Notes under the pieces: model-generated | What the model was told of the DNA's origin: nothing | Databases searched by the model: none | Seen by the model: only the letters and a program-made list of their open reading frames with translations | Program-made: the position numbers and the translations under genes | Assembly (NCBI GenBank): GCA_019057815.1 | Contig: JAHLWR010000033.1 | Location: 1-28,567, forward strand | Length of the DNA: 28,567 bases | From: Candidatus Heimdallarchaeota archaeon | GTDB lineage: Archaea; Asgardarchaeota; Heimdallarchaeia; Heimdallarchaeales; Heimdallarchaeaceae | Reading direction: 5' to 3' | Shown: positions 26,552 to 28,567 of the stretch, piece by piece | Layout of the letters: each line of letters begins with the position of its first letter | How positions within the stretch are numbered: the stretch's first letter is position 1

Positions 26552-27406
26552 ATGAGTAAACTTCCCATCGATGACACTCTAGATGAGAGCCTGTCTTCAG
26601 CCTTTAACTCTTGTCTAAATTTACGAGGAGAACCAAATAAGGAGCTTGATCAGTACTTTATTACTAAGGAAACAAGCTTACAGAGAGCTTTATTGTTTAA
26701 CAAAGAAGATTATGAAAAAAAAAGAGTTCTAATGATTGGAGACATGGATTTAACATCAGTATTTATTGGGAAGTTAGCCAATATCAAAGATCTTGCTATT
26801 GTGGATATAGACAAAAGGTTACCAGAAATAGTTTTTAATATGAAATTCAAACAGAAAATCAAAACATCTCGTTTTATTAATCACGACATAAGACTAAGAA
26901 TGCTAGCTATTCTAAAAAATCAGTTTGAATATGTTTTTGTTGAACCTACTATGACAATAGAAGGTATTGAAGTGGGTTTATCAAGAGCTGTGCAAAGCGC
27001 GAGAAAAGATGTTCCAGCCTATATTGTTTTCTCATATGATTTAGGAAAAGATAAAGATAAAGAAATTAATTCTTTAATTACTAAAATGGATCTGGAAATT
27101 TTGGAGGATTTCAAGGATTTTAACAAATATGAAAGTGAAACTCCACTGAAGAAGAAAACGTCGGATTTGCTTATTCTTAAAGTGAAAGAAAATTCGGAAG
27201 AGACCATAGCGCAGCATTATTTAGGCCCATATTATTTCAGAGAAAGTATCTTAAAACCTTCTCCCTATCTATGTAAATGCAGTAAAGTATTAAGTATTGG
27301 AAGTAATGGAGATTATAAATCAATTGCTGAACTAGAAACATTAGGATGTCCAGAATGTGGTTATAAAGAGAAGTTTCTTTATAACTCTAGTATCAAGATT
27401 GAATGA
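26552..27406 (+). CDS. BpsA-like (DUF43) aminopropyltransferase/methyltransferase-fold protein with C-terminal Zn ribbon
   Basis: ELDQYFITKETSLQRA, IGDMDLTS, VDIDKRL, HDIR, FVEP...EG...LSR; C-terminal CKC...GCPECG. Confidence 0.72.
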   Translation: MSKLPIDDTLDESLSSAFNSCLNLRGEPNKELDQYFITKETSLQRALLFNKEDYEKKRVLMIGDMDLTSVFIGKLANIKDLAIVDIDKRLPEIVFNMKFKQKIKTSRFINHDIRLRMLAILKNQFEYVFVEPTMTIEGIEVGLSRAVQSARKDVPAYIVFSYDLGKDKDKEINSLITKMDLEILEDFKDFNKYESETPLKKKTSDLLILKVKENSEETIAQHYLGPYYFRESILKPSPYLCKCSKVLSIGSNGDYKSIAELETLGCPECGYKEKFLYNSSIKIE

Positions 27407-27479
27407 AGTAATTATTCAGAGTGGAAAAAAACTAAAAACTGATAATAGACATTTTTCACATTAAACCAAGACAAAGAAA

Positions 27480-27845
27480 GTGTTCAAAATGTCAGAATCT
27501 TCAAAAAGAAAGACTATGTGCGCGAATTGTGGGAAGGATATTGTCCTTTCAGACCAACTTTTAACTAATGGATGTCCACATTGTGGTTCTTTTAAATTCA
27601 AAACAACTAGAATCTCATCAGATGAAGAAGAAAGGGAACAAGAAGTAGAGTTTTTTATGGAAAGGGATTTAGAAGGTTCTCATATTGAAGAAGGTATAGA
27701 AGCAATACGATTAACGAAGGAGGGAATTTTTGAAATTGATATAGAAAAATTGCTTATTGCACAAACTGAAGAACAACCACTAATACTCCGTAATAAGGAT
27801 GGCTCGTATAGAGTGAAATTTCAAAAAAAGGAATCTAACAAGTGA
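27480..27845 (+). CDS. DUF2072/OapC-like Zn-ribbon protein
   Basis: CANCG...GCPHCGSFKF...IEAIRLTKEGIFEIDIEKLL...DGSYRV. Likely start ATG 27489. Confidence 0.78.
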   Translation: MFKMSESSKRKTMCANCGKDIVLSDQLLTNGCPHCGSFKFKTTRISSDEEEREQEVEFFMERDLEGSHIEEGIEAIRLTKEGIFEIDIEKLLIAQTEEQPLILRNKDGSYRVKFQKKESNK

Positions 27846-27914
27846 CCTTTCGTTTTTAACTTACAACAAAAGATTTTAAATCTAAACTAACACACCGAGA
27901 ACTGAGGTTTTAGC

Positions 27915-28567
27915 TTGGTATCACAAGAGACGATTGCCAAACAAAAAAGAGTTAAATCGGGGATAGAAGATATTCTCAAATTTAGAGGGTTTGTTATTAA
28001 AAAAATAGATGAGGATGATGATAACATTGATATCTACGCAGAAAAGAAATCTGATGGTAGCATTATCAAAGCTATGGCACGTTATCCAAAGAATTCACAA
28101 ATTGGAGTAAAAACTATTCGTACTCTTGGAAAACATCAACAAGAAAAAAAGATAGGTGAATCTCTTTTAATTGCAGAAGCTCCCTTAACACATTATGCAA
28201 AGAAAGAGTCATTAAAACTTGGGATAGAAATAATCAGTAGTGCTAATCCATTATTTAATATTTTTGATCATGAAATTGTCCCTCAACATATTAAATTGAA
28301 AATCAAAGAAACCAATAAAATATTGGATAGATATCAAATAAAAAAGCACCAGTTCCCAAAAATTCTTGAAACAGATCCTGCAGTAAAAGCAGTACAAGCT
28401 GCTCCTGGTGATGTAATTCAGATTATAAGAAACCCTTCCATGGGTGATGCTGGAATATATTATCGATTTGTAATAAAATCAGTATCACGTTTGAGTTTAA
28501 CTGATAGTATATCAGCAACTAAAGCGAAACCTAAAACAACAGCAACTAAAGCGAAACCTAAAACAAC
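27915..28567 (+). CDS. rpoH: RNA polymerase subunit Rpo5/RPB5 with N-terminal jaw domain and C-terminal repeat tail (3' truncated)
   Basis: TTG start after GAGGT SD. Manual translation MVSQETIAK...LKFRGF...IGVKTIR...PLTHYAK...FNIFDHEIVPQH...QFPKILETDPAVK...PGDVIQIIR...YYRFVI...ATKAKPKTTATKAKPKT; no stop in the window. Confidence 0.92.
   Translation, partial: MVSQETIAKQKRVKSGIEDILKFRGFVIKKIDEDDDNIDIYAEKKSDGSIIKAMARYPKNSQIGVKTIRTLGKHQQEKKIGESLLIAEAPLTHYAKKESLKLGIEIISSANPLFNIFDHEIVPQHIKLKIKETNKILDRYQIKKHQFPKILETDPAVKAVQAAPGDVIQIIRNPSMGDAGIYYRFVIKSVSRLSLTDSISATKAKPKTTATKAKPKT
28513..28567 (+). repeat. 27-bp perfect tandem repeat (at least 2 copies) encoding ATKAKPKTT
   Basis: CAGCAACTAAAGCGAAACCTAAAACAA at 28513-28539 and 28540-28566; 28567 matches the first base of a third unit. 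Confidence 0.92.

Noticed and set aside
23515-27207. ORFs at 23515(-) and 27019(-)
   Set aside because: Antisense shadows of yjbQ and the BpsA-like gene.
28513-28567. CRISPR array
   Set aside because: Units are contiguous with no spacers and in frame within rpo5.

Overview
AT-rich archaeal chromosomal segment, most consistent with an Asgard archaeon (inferred from a jaw-containing Rpo5/RPB5, a Rag/Arf-like GTPase, a longin-wHTH protein, a SNAP/TPR-like protein and a Wbp1/OST48-like protein). The left edge holds the 5' end of a tnpB gene and its IS200/IS605-type end hairpin. The window also contains an SPT/BioF-like PLP enzyme, a type A RNase P RNA, tRNA-Arg(CCT), tRNA-Thr(CGT), tsr3, bacillithiol genes bshA/bshC and several lipid, glycosylation and Zn-ribbon genes. 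The best candidate for an undescribed system is a co-oriented cluster at 2576-6542 (possibly to 7598): a single-pass, sequon-rich receptor-like protein with a cytoplasmic Regnase/NYN RNase domain, a wHTH protein ending in a proteasome-docking HbYX motif, an adjacent proteasome beta-alpha pair and a PIP-box beta-CASP nuclease. Other oddities: an A in place of the conserved bulged U in RNase P P4, a repeat-encoded basic tail on Rpo5, a B3-like DNA-binding/Zn-ribbon protein and a probable ATT start codon. All family assignments come from motif recognition by eye; no searches were run.
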